From Macrostomum hystrix (Eukaryota > Animalia > Platyhelminthes), in the NCBI GenBank assembly GCA_950097015.1, contig CATNEN010000034.1, positions 6,200,001 through 6,264,000 of the forward strand: a DNA stretch of 64,000 bases, written 5' to 3'. Both the position numbers and the translations under genes were made by a program. A model generated the notes under the pieces. The model saw nothing but the letters and a program-made list of their open reading frames with translations, was not told where the DNA came from and did no database searches. Numbering within the stretch: the stretch's first letter is position 1; the number at the start of each line of letters is the position of its first letter. This document shows, piece after piece, positions 12,441 through 26,300 of the stretch.

Positions 12441-13467
12441 CTCTCCCCTCAACTTCCTGTGGAGGAGGAATTCTGCTCGTACTAATATATATCCCTAATG
12501 TAATAACTGTATCTAAAATTATGCAATTTAGAAGCGTGGCTATGTTTGTTCATATCCCTTCTTTATTCATTTTAACACCTGGCTCTTTTTACCCTCTTTG
12601 CAGTCTATTGTTAGTTGGGTTTGACAGATAACTAGTAGATCTAGCCTTTAAGTTTATGTTATGTGAGCTTGAGGCTAAAACATGTGATATTAAAAAACAA
12701 ATCTACACATTATATAGTACATTTTCATGAGATGAAACAGTAGTACATATAACAATTGTTTAGCCTGCAATAATTAATTACTTATATAATCACTTGATAT
12801 GTAGCTTCACCATTGCTTTGTTTCCACTGCCCTGCTGAAGGCCCAGCTCCTACAGAAAATTGAGTCATTTGTACATATGAAGATATATATTCATCCTATA
12901 TAGACAAGGATAGTAGTAAGATTGTGCTAGGCCTATACAGAAAAATAAACAGTGCACCAATCCAGTGACATATTGGGTGGGGAAAGAAAATACTTTGCCC
13001 AAAACAAGAGACTCTCCCCCTAGCCTAGAGATGTGGGATGATTGTGGAATAGAGTTCCTTAGATCAGTTTGCCCACTTTAACATTCAGGGTTGGCAAAAG
13101 ACAGGCCAGTGGGCCTGATAAAGAGTCTTGCACGTCAGAGATTAGCAACCACTTGTTTACAATATAAACAGTGTTACATGTTCCAGTGCTATTTGAGCTC
13201 ATGGTTGTATGATATAAGAAAGATTCTATGTATAAAAATTCATGACCATTGATTTTTGTAGTAAATAATTTTTTTTTGCTTTTTTTCACAAATTGATTAC
13301 TCGTAATTGTTTGTTTATTAGGACTTGAATATATTTTCTTCAAAATTGCCAAAATATTATTCTGGTTTCCAGGCAGTGGGAGCCCGCAAGGTTGCGAGTG
13401 AAGCCTGGCGGTTTTGTCCAAACTAAGGAGCTATAATTCGGCATCTAAATAAATCAAAAAAAGAGAA

Positions 13468-14741
13468 ATGAACAACAGAGCCAATAGCAACAGCTGTTAT
13501 AATTGCGGCGATATTGGCCACTTCGCACGTGACTGTGTCAATGGAGGCACCGCCGATGGTCAAAGTCGGGCTCCGCGAAGAGGAGCCGGACCCAGTCGAG
13601 GCCGCCGAGGAGGCAGGGGCGGCGGCAGTGATGGTGCTGGTGGAAGGCTCCGCCAGGATGGCGACGGCGACTTGGGCGAAGCTCCGGTGTGTTACAAGTG
13701 CCACCGACCTGGTCACTTGTCGCGCAATTGTCGCCGTGGTGGCGGCGGGAACCGGTGTTACAAGTGCAACTGTTTGGGCCACTTGGCCAGCCAGTGCACG
13801 CGGGAGATACCGGCCGGCGCTTGCTACAACTGCGGCTCAACTGAGCACATTCAGCGAGACTGTCCCGAGCCGTTGACAAAGGCTTGCTACAGGTTGGGGT
13901 TTGCATCCCTTTATTGAGTTTAATCAATTTAGTGCTAAACGAATCTCGGTAAAAATAAAAAAACTGAGTTAAAAAACTGTCCATCAGCCAACCTCTTACC
14001 TGATATCTTCTAAATACATTTAAAGGTGCGGCGACAAAGCCCACCTGGCCAAGGATTGCCCAAATAGCGTGTCGGAGGATCGGTCCTGCTACAACTGCGG
14101 ACAAACTGGCCATCTAAGCAAGAATTGCCCGATTCTCAAAACTGGCGAGACCATCTGCTACACGTGAGCGAAGTCCTTGTGTCTGACTGTAATATTGAAG
14201 ATTAATTAAGTATTGCTTAAGATCCTTTAAGCTGTACTGCCATCCTCCCAGATCCTCAGACTGAGCAGCCATCCTCCCAGATCCTCAGACTGAACAGCCA
14301 TCCTCCCAGATCCTCAGACTGAGCAGCCATTCTCCCAGATCCTCAGACTGAGCAGCCATCCTCCCAGATCCTCAGACTGAGCAGCCATCCTCCCAGATCC
14401 TCAGACTGAGCAGCCATCCTCCCAGATCCTCAGACTGAACAGCCATCCTCCCAGATCCTCAGACTGAACAGCCATCCTCCCAGATCCTCAGACTGAACAG
14501 CCATCCTCCCAGATCCTCAGACTGAGCAGCCATTCTCCCAGATCCTCAGACTGAGCAGCCATCCTCCCAGATCCTCAGATCTCAAGATTCCAGTGCTTAT
14601 GTAGAGAATTTCTCTTCATTCGCAAATTGCTCTACTTTCAGTAGTAAAAAATAGCGCGGCATGATTTTCAGGTGCCAAAAGTCGGGCCACATTGCCAAAG
14701 ACTGCCCTGCCAAAGCGTCAGAGGCGAAGCGGAGCGAATAA
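13468..14741 (+). CDS. CNBP: Cellular nucleic acid-binding protein (7 CCHC zinc knuckles + RGG box), 210 aa
   Basis: Exons 13468-13892, 14026-14163, 14672-14741 (both introns phase 2, GT-AG). Seven C-x2-C-x4-H-x4-C knuckles with an RG-rich linker between knuckles 1 and 2, the canonical CNBP layout. Confidence 0.92.
14238..14580. repeat. Minisatellite, 29-bp unit GATCCTCAGACTGAGCAGCCATCCTCCCA, ~12 copies, in CNBP intron 2
   Basis: Tandem array; its unit is the reverse complement of the 16875-17402 unit. Confidence 0.95.
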
Positions 14742-15039
14742 ATCATTGGTCGCGGCTACCAAAGTTTCAGTCCATATCGGCTTAACTCAGTCAGTCTGAC
14801 TGCCTGTACACACCAGTGCATATGCTTTGAATTTTAACACTAACTTTTATAACTATTACATAATATTATGTAGGATGGTTGCCTACCCATATTTGGCCCT
14901 TACATCTTTGCTTGTTGCTTCATCCCTTTTTGCTGTCTTATTGCTAGCTAAGTGTATGGATAGTCAATTTTTAATTATTATTAAATTAGTCTTCCGGTTA
15001 GTTAATTAGAATTCGATTGAATATTACATCATAGTCAGT

Positions 15040-15708
15040 CACTGACACTTTTTCAACTGGCATTATGACCTCATGGTCAGTCGCTGTCACTGTTCCAACT
15101 GGCAGTATGACCTCATGGTCAGTCGCTGACACTGTTCCAACTGGCAGCATGACCTCATGGTCAGTCGCTGACACTGTTCCAACTGGCAGTATGACCTCAT
15201 GGTCAGTCGCTGACACTGTTCCAACTGGCAGTATGACCTCATGGTCAGTCGCTGACACTGTTCCAACTGGCAGTATGACCTCATGGTCAGTCGCTGACAC
15301 TGTTCCAACTGGCAGTATGACCTCATGGTCAGTCGCTGACACTGTTCCAACTGGCAGCATGACCTCATGGTCTGTCTCTGACACTGTTCCAACTGGCAGT
15401 ATGATCTCATGGTCAGTCGCTGACACTGTTCCAACTGGCAGTATGATCTCATAGTCAGTCGCTGACACTGTTCCAACTGGCAGTATGATCTCATGGTCAG
15501 TCGCTGACACTGTTCCAACTGGCAGTATGATCTCATAGTCAGTCTCTGACACTGTTCCAACTGGCAGTATGATCTCATAGTCAGTCGCTGACACTGTTCC
15601 AACTGGCAGTATGATCTCATAGTCAGTCTCTGACACTGTTCCAACTGGCAGCATGACCTCATGGTCAGTCTCTGACACTGTTCCAACTGGCAGCATGACC
15701 TCATGGTC
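15040..15708. repeat. Minisatellite, 42-bp unit GTCAGTCGCTGACACTGTTCCAACTGGCAGTATGACCTCATG, ~16 copies
   Basis: Head-to-tail array without spacers; produces 14-aa-periodic ORFs in three frames. Confidence 0.95.
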
Positions 15709-16874
15709 ATTATATTCGTACCACCTCTCTGACAATTATTTTTCACAATTTCACAAGATTTTTAACAATCATTTTTCTATAGTTTAGGGTTTGTAGCTTA
15801 GCGGTGTGGTATAATTATCTGCTAGTAACTTTTTTTGTCCTTGTTTCGATGCAATGGCCAGGGAAGGGAAGGGATTTTTCAAGTTTTGCCTTTATCAAAA
15901 TTAGTTTTATTTCTTTTTATGATTTTTTGGTACACTGTTGTGTATAAAAATTTCTATAATTTGCCATGACTAAATACTAATCGCTTTCTTTATAAAGTAT
16001 AAAGATTCGCTCACTATCCCATGGCGATCTTAATTTCTTTTATGGTTGTAAACTCGTCATTGGTTTTTACATAGATTGTATTAATTATAAAACATCAGAT
16101 TTTGTTACCTTTTTCTATATGTAAACGCAGATTTTTTTGAAAATGTTTTGATTTCGTTTTTTATCTAGCTAAACAAATTTTTAATGATAGTTTTTATTTT
16201 TTTCCTGTGAAACAAAATGGAAAACATTTTGAACTGTTTTTATTTTGAAAATATTTCACTATGGTACATTTACAATAAGTACAATGCTGTCGATTTCATA
16301 CACATATATAACTCTAGAGAAAATTCTGAAATGTTTTTAATAAATAAAGTGAGTTACAGTCTATTTATTATCTCTAAATAAATCATTTGTTTTAGCTTCT
16401 CTGTGTTGCTCATTATTAACATTTAAAGATAAGATAGCGCTTGGTCCAACCAGTTGTTGCGCTGTTGCTAGCCAATATGGTTGCTATCGAAATTTTATTT
16501 ATGCAATCCTAAAAGCGCGAGGTTTAAAAAGTTTTCATTTTCTCTTCAGATGCACTGTTCTTTGAATCAGCCAGTTTTGATAAGATTAGCAAATGGCAAA
16601 AAAAATTAATAGTGGTGCGAGCGCTCTCGTGACCTGTGGTCCTAATGCATGATTGGCTTCGTCACGTGACTGCTCTTTGCTCAAGAAATAAAAAACACGA
16701 ATAAGAAGCGGCGCCGACTAATTTTCTGCCAACAATATGGTGTACTGAATAGCTTATATAAGAGCATAGGTGTGGCTGACACTAAGTAGAACAGGCTACA
16801 ACCGGCCTGCAGGGCCAAGCCAGATTTAGGATCTCAGTCTGGCAAAGACTGCTGCTCAGCTGCTCAGTTTGAGC

Positions 16875-17402
16875 AGTCTGGGACAATGGCTGCTCAGTCT
16901 GAGGATCTGGGACAATGGCTGCTCAGTCTGAGGATCCGGGAGAATGGCTGCTCAGCTTGAGGATCTGGGAGGATGGCTGCTCAGTCGGAGGATCTGGGAG
17001 GTTGGCTGCTCAGTCTGAGGATCTGGGAGGATGGCTGCTCAGTCGGAGGATCCGGGAGAATGGCTGCTCAGTCTGAGGATCTGGGAGGATGGCTGCTCAG
17101 TCTGAGGATCCGGGAGAATGGCTGCTCAGCTTGAGGATCTGGGAGGATGGCTGCTCAGTCGGAGGATCTGGGAGGTTGGCTGTTCAGTCTGAGGATCTGG
17201 GAGAATGGCTGCTCAGCTTGAGGATCTGGGAGGATGGCTGCTCAGTCGGAGGATCTGGGAGGTTGGCTGCTCAGTCTGAGGATCTGGGAGGATGGCTGCT
17301 CAGCCTGAGGATCTGGGAGGATGGCTGCTCAGTCTGAGGATCTGGGAGGATGGCTGCTCAGTCTGAGGATCTGGGAGAATGGCTTTTCAGTCTGAGGATC
17401 TG
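16875..17402. repeat. Minisatellite, 29-bp unit GAGGATCTGGGAGGATGGCTGCTCAGTCT, ~18 copies
   Basis: Tandem array between the convergent CNBP and USP genes. Confidence 0.95.
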
Positions 17403-17739
17403 TAAGGGATACCAGTCTTTCGAAGGATAAAGAAAGGTACAGGCTGCAGACATACCAGCGAAGAGTTCTGCTAATGCATGCCAGTTTCAAAAGATTCAGT
17501 TTATGGAAAGGCAATGTTTTAGTATAAATGAAAGATTGTTATGGGTAAAGTTCACGTAGTATAAACGAAAATCAGTACGAGTTTATTATGAGAATGCGTT
17601 GATTTATGCGGAACAATGTGCTATTTTTGGACTGATTGTGAAACAGTGGGCGCAACTAATTTAACTAGTTAATGGTGGTTTCTTAAACGTTGTCCTTAGG
17701 AAGGAATTGTCAGCCAGATCCCTCGACTACGTCAGGGCC

Positions 17740-18312
17740 TCAGACTCCGGCTCCGGGTGGCTTGGCCGATCCGCCGGCCATTTTGTCCACGGAGACCTTT
17801 CGACTGCCAACGGAGATCTTGCGATTGTCCACCGAGGACTTGCGGCTAGCCGGCTTCTCCGGCGGAATGATGAGCACAGGCCGCTGGGCATGGTGCAGAA
17901 CGTAGTCTGAGACGCTGCCTAGAAAGGTGCGGCGCAGGGTGCCCATGCCTCGGTTGCCCATGATGATGATGCTGGCTTCCTCCTCCTTGGCCACCTCCAC
18001 AATGGCCTGGCCCGGATCGTTGGTGACGCGCTCAACAAACTTTGTCTCGTTGGTGACACCGAGCTGGCGGCAGCGCTCGCGCACCGACTTGCCAATCTGG
18101 GCGCCGGCCTTCATGGCCTCCTTCATCATGTCGGCGTAGACCTCAGAGTTGGCGATCAGGCTGGTGCCGGTGCCACGCGGCAGCGACGGCGGCTCGATGG
18201 CGTAGGTGAAGATCAAGAAGTCGGAGGACTTGTTCATATTTTCAGCGTAGAATGCTACGGCCCGGTGGCTGTGGTCGCTGCCGTCCACTGCGATGAGAAT
18301 GCGGCGAGTCAT
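17740..18312 (-). CDS. Universal stress protein (UspA family), intronless, 190 aa
   Basis: ILIAVDGSDHS N-terminus; ATP-binding motif G-x2-G-x9-GS (GNRGMGTLRRTFLGS); VSDYVLHHAQRPVLII C-terminus; AATAAA on the minus strand at 17582-17587. Confidence 0.95.
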   Translation of the reverse strand: MTRRILIAVDGSDHSHRAVAFYAENMNKSSDFLIFTYAIEPPSLPRGTGTSLIANSEVYADMMKEAMKAGAQIGKSVRERCRQLGVTNETKFVERVTNDPGQAIVEVAKEEEASIIIMGNRGMGTLRRTFLGSVSDYVLHHAQRPVLIIPPEKPASRKSSVDNRKISVGSRKVSVDKMAGGSAKPPGAGV

Positions 18313-18389
18313 TGTTGGGACGAGGGAAGGTCGATAGGTGATTTTTTCTCAGGTTAATTTGCAGCGACTGCAGTGCAAAAGTATTGTAA

Positions 18390-18425
18390 GAAACTGGTTG
18401 AGCTCTGTGCGCTTGCAGTTTTATA
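18390..18425 (-). promoter_or_regulatory. TATA box and initiator-like element of the USP gene
   Basis: TATAAAA at 18425-18419 (minus); the A of CCAGTT lies 30 nt downstream (18395), 83 nt upstream of the ATG. Confidence 0.55.
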
Positions 18426-20349
18426 GATTAGCAAATTATAACCGGTTCGCTGTTCTTATCATTGATTTGGGCTGTACACGAGGACGAAGTTGAAAGACGG
18501 ATCGCAGGCTCCGAAGCTATAGGCAGCAGCCCATGGCTTGCCATTGCTATATTTTTCTCCAATGACGGCTACGACTTAAGCATATAATACAGTCGCTCGT
18601 TCTCATTCCTTTCCAGGGCAACTATAACAGCGATCTTATCAAGCGGCAGGGTTGGCTTCACTGCAGGTCTATGGCTCTCAAAATGTCGACCTTTTATAAT
18701 GTAGTATTTATTGTGATTACAAAATATAAAACTTTGCATTTTTTTTCTACTTTCAATGCCACGAGACCATGATCGTTTGAAATGTATAGTTTTTCTTTAA
18801 ATTTCATTCGTACGCTTTGTATTTGACGAATTACAAGTTTTGTCAGGAATGTGATGCGTCTGAACTCAAACCAAGGGTCTGTTTGAGTTAGATTGCAGTT
18901 TCATTTTTTTCTGGCTTAATCAAGATCTGCCTCTGCTCTTCGTTTTATGAAAAGCGAAGTGAAAGAGTGGCCTGTGAATCCACGAGATCAATAATTACTG
19001 GGCCCATCACATCACCCACCCATCAAGCGCCTCTTTCTATTGCTCGAGATTCTCCTTTGTCCTCGCTCTATCGTGCTACTAAACAAATTTAAAAAACGTT
19101 CGTGTTCAAGCTATGAGAGAATTTCATGGTTCAAGTTCCTAATAGCCAGAAGAAATATTCTTTTTAATAGAAATCACCTTCAATATATGTACTAAAATAA
19201 AAAACTCTCTATTAATGCATGAATATTTTGCAGCGATACGCTATTTTAACGTGGCCGTTTAGATCCAATTTTAGATACAATATTTCGCAGACTCAGCTTA
19301 ATTCAAGATTGAAAGCCAAATTTGATAAATTAGTTCTTGTTTTACAAGCGCATCTCACTTTGATTTCGGCTAATAAAACAAAAATAATTACGTCTCGGAG
19401 AACAAGAATACAAAATTTAATTTCGCATGTTTTTTAAATAAAAAATACATTTTGATACTATTTTTTCTAATAACTTTTTTATTCTAAAATATACTACCAA
19501 TAATTAATTAGCATTTGTTAATGTGCATGAAACCAGTACAAATAGTTGCATTTAACACAATCACACTTCATTGTTATTTTACGTTACAAAGTTACAAGCA
19601 AACGAAAAGTTTTTGTGTGGAAATATAACACAGATTACTTGATGTTATGCATCTCAGTGGAATCACTGTATCTGTTTTTATTTTTTACGTGCTGACTTCC
19701 ATTCGTTCCAATTCTCACCCATAAGCCATAATGGGTAGATCTTAACAATCTTCTTAACTTGGCCTTTACATTATTAATAAGATTTATATATATACGAGGT
19801 CTGACTTTATTGCTGCGGCCCGTTTTAAAATCTTGCAGTATAATATTATTCGAGTGCAAAAAACGGAATAGCTCTTTAGAAATTATAACTCTACAGTACA
19901 TTTTGTCTCAACAGTCATTGTGGCACTCGAAGAAATAGTTTAATGTCTATAAAAAACCTTTACAACACAACTAAGTTTAAAGGTGCATATCTGCCGTTTG
20001 TATTTTAATGTTCTTAATTTAAATATTTTTTATATTTAAATATATTTAATATTTAAATAATATTTAAATATATTTAAATTAAAAAAATATATTGGGTTTT
20101 TTCTGTAATTTATACAGTTTTTTCCCCACAATTTGGTTCACCATATAAAAATTATATACTAACCATCGGAAAAAAAGCTTTTTTATGAATACGAACACAA
20201 GCATTAATAATAGCAATATTTCTTATTCCAGGTAAATACACTCAATGAAGTGAATTTTAAATTGCATTTACGGTTATAACAATGACCTTTCAGAATTAGA
20301 CCTCAGCTAGGTGAAACCTCAGAAGTCAAGTGACTGCCGGCCACTCAAA

Positions 20350-23300
20350 ATGGACGTGGCAGGAACAGGAGACAGTGGAACAGCTTCCGACACGACCCGT
20401 CAGTCAGCTCAGGTGCCGAAGACTCCCGCTATTCGACCGGTGCTTCATCGACGCTCAACAACGCTCCCCAATGCGGCAGCCAGCTCTGACAACCAAGACG
20501 CAAATCCGCCAGCCATTCGAAGCTACCAAAGTGTCATGCTTGGCAACCTGGCAGACCTACCGCCTGTGAACAGCCGAGTGGTTCGCATCTTCCTTTCTTC
20601 GACATTCTCCGACATGTCGGCCGAGCGCAACTACCTCATGCAGCACGCGAATCCGCGACTGAAAAAATTCTGTCGCGACGCATTCGGCTTGGAGTTCCAA
20701 ACCATCGACATGCGCTGGGGAGTCGGAGACGACGTTCAACTGGACCATCGCGGACCGGAAATGTGCTACCAGGAGATTGAGAATGCTCTCGCCTCATCAG
20801 CCGGGCCTTACTTCATCTGCCTACTGGGACAAAGGTACGGAAATCAACCTCCAGCTGCCCTAGTAGAGGAAGAAGTATTCGAAAAGATTGTCTCAGCACT
20901 AACGGAAGAAGGCTGCGATGTATCGTGTATTCTCGAATGGTACTCCAAGGACACAAACAACGTTCCACCAGTACGAGTGCTGAAACCAATTGCGACTCCG
21001 GCAGAATCGGTGAGTTCAGGAGTTCAGCTGCTGCCTAATTGATTTTCGAGGGCACAATTTCCAGTATTGTTGTTGTTTTCTGGCAAATTTCTCATGGAAA
21101 AAACGCGATATGGTTTTCAAAGTCAAATCGACAATATTGCCTGACACATATTTCTATCTACTATACTACAACTTTTTAGGTTGAGAAAACCTTTCTAAAC
21201 GAGGCCTACAATCGCTGGACGTCTGTTCGTGACAACCTTGTCGACTTAATGAAGAGAGGTGCCGAGCTCTGCTCCAAGAAAGGACAGATATCCCAAGTTG
21301 ATGTGAAGAAGTTTTCCGTTTCAGTCACGGAGATGGAGGTCATGAAGGGCATTTTGCTGATGCCGGAGCAAAAGCTGTGGCAAGCTCTCGCCTTTGTCAG
21401 GGAGTTTTCCGATCTAGATAATCGGCCAGATTTCAGCAGCGGAAAATTGTTCAAATTCCTCGATTTAAAGGACACCGTAGGCAAAGATGGCAGGCCAACG
21501 AAGATTCTCAATGAGACTGTTTACAAGATGGTGAAAGACCTGAATCAGCTTGTTATTAGACGAATGCCCTCACAAAATGCGTTTAAGTACTCGTTAAAGT
21601 GGACTGATGACAATAGGGGTGTCACTCGAGACTCGCAGAAAATCTACCTGCAGAGTTTTGTAAATGATTACTGCAACAGTGTACAGCGCCTAGTCAACGA
21701 ATCTGTGCGTGAGAGCATGCGCCTTCGAGCGGATGATCTGTACACTGAAGTGCTGCAGCACTCCACTGCTTGCGTCGAATACGCAAATAAGTTTCAGGGC
21801 CGTAAGGACATCATCGACAAGGTGAAGGCTTACGTGCAAGTGAGCAATACCACTGAGCCTCTGGTGGTGCATGGCGACTCTGGCAGTGGCAAGACCTCTC
21901 TTCTGGGCAGGGCCGCCAGTCTTGTGCGAAGCTGGCTGCCAGAGCCCGGTGCACCAGAAGCGATCGTGCTGCTGCGGTTCCTCGGCACCAGTCCTGGTAC
22001 GTCGAGCATTCGACAGACTCTCAAGTACTTGTGCCGTCAGCTGGCCCTGTTTGGCAATGATGACGACAAGGAAAAGTGCGAGTCACTCGACGACTTCAAA
22101 GAGATCTTGAACACCTTCTACTCAATGCTGGATCGCATTGGCCAGTTCAGGCGAATCTTGGTGTTCCTTGACAGTGTGGATCAACTGGACAGCTCAGATG
22201 GTGCCTACCACCTGACGTGGGTGCGGACACCTCTTCCTGACAATGTGAAGATGATTGTGTCCACTCTGCCAAACATGTTCGACCTGCTGAAGACATTTAA
22301 AGGGAAGCTTCCCAACCCGAACATCTACGTCGAGGTGACTCCGTTGGAGACGAGTCTGTGCACGAGCATTTTGTCAGCTCTGCTCAGCGAGCAAGGCCGC
22401 ACGCTGAATCGACAACAATGGGCTCTGATTGAGCAGGCCTTCTCAAAGTGCTCGCTCCCAATCTACGTGCACCTGTTGTACCACGAGGTTCTGAGATGGC
22501 GCTCGTATCAGCAGGTGGACGAGTCCTGCTTGCGCTACACCGTTCGCCAGGCCATCTTTCAGTTGTTCGAGAACCTCGAGCTCAAGCACGGCAAATTGTT
22601 TGTAAGTGTATTTTTTTGTTTTCTTTTGTATTGGAAAACTTGGCAGTTGCTCAAAATCTAAATTGCTCTCGTTTTGCATCGCAGACCTCGCACGCTCTGG
22701 CATTCATCACTGCCTCGAGAAACGGACTGTCGGAATCGGAGTTGGAGGACTTGCTCAGTCTGGATGACACTGTGCTCATCGATGTGTTCCAGCATCACCT
22801 GCCGCCCTTCATCCGCATTCCACCGATCTGCTGGGCTCGACTGCGACACGACATTGGATCATATCTAGTGGAGAGGGAGGCAGACAATATCCGGGTGGTG
22901 TTCTGGTATCACCGACAGTTCATCGAGGTCGCTCAGGAGTACTTCTTGTCTGATGAGAATACCAGGCGCGACATTCACTCAATCATGGCTGACTACTTCC
23001 TGGGACTGTGGAGTGGCCGCAAGAAGAAGTTTGTGTATCCAGCCTATCTAAGAAAGAAGCTTGTGAGTGGACAGCAGTCGAGTACTGCTTCGATGTGAAA
23101 CGCTTTTATGTGTAGCTCTTGGTACTGACGTATGGCCGTGTTGAAATAATGTGAGCCCTTGATCCTGACGTGCAATTTCAGAATCTTCCCGAGTACTCGA
23201 TGGAGGACCGAGCTGTTCCGGAACAACCATTCGTGCTCCGCAAAGATGAAGACGGCACCGCACAGTACAACTTGCGCAAACTGAACGAGCTGCCTTGGCA

Positions 23301-26300
23301 TCTCATCAAGTCTGAGCGAGTGAACGAGTTCTACGACTACATCGTGTTCGACTACGACTTCATGTTCAACAAGCTCAAGGGCACCTCGCGCTACCTGCTA
23401 CTGAGGGACCTTGACCTTCCTCAGAAGCTCGGAGTTGAGTGCATCTCCGAGGCAGAGCTCGTGTACAATGCGATCAGGCTCTCTGCACAGAGCCTCGTGT
23501 ACGACCCTTCAAACTTGAGCGTCGATCTCATTGGCCGGCTCATCATGTACGAGAAGGACTGTCCCCGAGTGAAGCTGCTGCTCAACCAGTGCAGACAATC
23601 GAAGCAAGCGCTCAGCAACTGCTGCCTCATTCCCAAAGTCCAGTGCTTTGACTCCGGCTCGGGAGTGCTCTACTCCAGCTTCGATCTGGGCCTGGGAATA
23701 GGCATAATGAAGCCCGATGGCCAGATAGTAACATTCTCTTTAGTTGACAACGATGTCACACACTACGACATTGAAGGCAATGAGATCAAGCGCCACTCTA
23801 GCGATTACAATTTAGCTGTCAGTTTAAAGTTTCTTACCGAAGACAGTGTTCCGGAGGACGGTATCGTCACAGTACTTGCCAGGCGCAACAAAAATATGGA
23901 GGCCATACAGGACGATGATGAGCCCGAACAGCAGCAGCACAGAGGCCTCGAGGATCCGCATGATGTTGTGCGCTTGGACTTGAATAGTGGAAAAGCAACC
24001 AGGCTGATGTCACTGGCTCGGCCGCTCAATCTCTCCATTAACAACGTTCGCGTTGTTAAAGACAAATACATTCTTCTTGGCAACGGGGCAGAGAAAGCTA
24101 TGCTGCTGTCGATAAAGGACAGGAAGCTTTGCCCGCTTCACGAAGGTCAGCTGAGCGTGTGCTCAGCACTCGGTAGTCAGTACCTGGACTCTGATCAGGA
24201 CTGTATTTGCATTGGCATTTCGGTTTCCGATCAAAAGTCAACGCTTTTGTTTTTTAAGAACCTTGGAACCGGAGAAGCCATCAGTGGAGACTTGCTGGAG
24301 ATATTCCAGTCGGTGGAAAAGACCAAGCTTCAAGAGATTTGGTCTTTATACGAACCAAGTGCCAACGCACTTGAACCAACACAGGATGCAAGAGCCGGGA
24401 CTGCCGATATTCTGCACAGTGCGAGCCAAATTTTGATGCCTTCCTGTTGTATTGTTCAGGATAGAAGCATTTTGGCATTCTTAGTCAAATTAAAAGATGC
24501 AACTGTCGAGGACACCCTCTTTGCCACGTTCTCAACCAAAAACTCTCTGCGACCAACGAGCATTTTGCAGCTCGGCTTGAAGTTTAGGACGGAAGCGGCG
24601 CAGTGTGTTCGCAGCGCCTCTTTGAACTACGTGGCATTTTTCTTAAAGACATATACAGACCAGCCACATCACTCTGCCATTTATAGAGGCTTTATTTATC
24701 ACGTCAAACAGAGGCGCGCCAACGCCCTCTTTTTGTCTACAGGGCAGGAGAAATTTATGAATGCCCTAAGCAAGTTTGGCGAGTCAGTACGCGCTCGATT
24801 CACAGAAAATGAGCAGCTCTTAATAACAAATGGTAACCAAACACTCATGCTGGTGTGGTCCGTGCGAACTGGGCAGCTTCTGCACGGAATCAAAACGGGC
24901 TCCGCTGAGAGCATCCTCTGCGGCCAGCCCAAGGGCACTGACTTCATGACCATCTGCTACTTGCCAGACAGATCAGGTGATACAACTGACAGTTTAACAA
25001 TCTCCATCAAAGTTTACAATTTGCGAGTATTCAGTCAGGAGAAACAGCTTGTGGAGGAGGCGTCAATGTCTCTTCCGCTGTTCACTAAGTCTGCCGGGTT
25101 CTGCTGCGCTAAATTTCCCGGCGAGCCTCAGAAAATCGAACTTTTACACTCAGTAGACAGTGCTCAATTGAGCTTAGACCCGAGCTGCTCGGAAGTTAGT
25201 CGGATGGTGGATGCAAAGCCGGTTGACAATGTGCGAATTCTTGTCAACGATCCGCGAGTCGAGTTGGTCAGAAAGTGCGACGGTCGCGGCACTGCGAGGC
25301 TGGTGCTGCCGAATTGTCAATTGGAGCCAGTTCTCGCACTGTTCAACTCCAATCCAAGCGACCTTGAGCAATCAAACAATGTTTTGGAATACTTTGGGTT
25401 CACTCTTGAGACCATTGTTGAGCAGGAAGGCGCAGCAGAAGTCCGCCATGTCACTTCCAAGGCGATGATGGAATACAACAATTTTCTATTTCCTGTCGGA
25501 CCCTTGCTGGAATGTGTTTCTGTCGAGCCGCTGATTTTCATTGACGAAGCGCGGAAGATCTTAATCCAGCTTAGATTCCCTTCCAATGTACTCATTTACA
25601 AGTTTATTATTTCTATTGTTAGCTTGAAAACAATGCGCGGCAACCAAAAAGAATTTCTGTTTGTCGACGAAATCGAAGAAAACCCGTTCTCGGATGGGTT
25701 CGTCAGCATTTTTAGCAAGTCGATTTTCAAAGACCAGACGCTTGGACAAGACCTAACAGATGAGGAGAAGCAGCAAGCTATTCAGAAATTTCTTTTAACT
25801 TACGCGACGTCCATAAAAAACAAGTGCATCGCATTTGATTTCTCCCCGAGGTGCAGCGCTCTGAATCTCGCCCTAGCGTACGATGGACAGCCGGGAAAGA
25901 AGATTCGCACCGGAGTTAGGGACCCTCCGATATGGCTCGGCAGCGTTATTCGAATCTACTACTGCGAGTCGGCTTCCGAGCCGCGTTTTAGTCGCCAGGA
26001 CGGCAAGCTCTTTGACATGGGCCTATCGGTGGCATTCCTTAACGACAACCAGCACCTCATTAACTACAAGCTCCAAGTTGTGGACTATATGCGAGGCGAT
26101 GTGATTCGCAGCATTAGGCCAGGCGAGGAATTGTACTTCATTCAAATGCAGGTTAGCTAGTCATTTACTATCCTCGAAGGTTCTTTAGCCTGAAGGCAAT
26201 AAAAAGTACGAGCTATGAGAATTTCTTATGGTTTTTACTAATTCTTCTGCTCTAGGTTACAAGTGACGGCAGTCTTGTAGTTGGCCAGCGGTTCTTCCCC

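Noticed and set aside
14998-15746. 245-aa and 219-aa periodic ORFs; the 42-bp array could be mistaken for a CRISPR array
   Set aside because: Head-to-tail minisatellite without unique spacers, no cas genes, eukaryotic context.
16600-16830. Promoter-like cluster (GATTGG, GTCACGTGAC E-box, TATATAA) with no downstream gene
   Set aside because: It is followed directly by a minisatellite and the USP 3' end; no transcript or ncRNA could be identified from sequence alone.
19635-19901. FLHSNNIILQDFKT resembling a kinase catalytic loop (YLH..NIIHRDLK)
   Set aside because: Short AT-rich ORF with an in-frame stop just upstream, HR replaced by LQ, and no other kinase subdomain nearby; chance or an unrecognisable relic.
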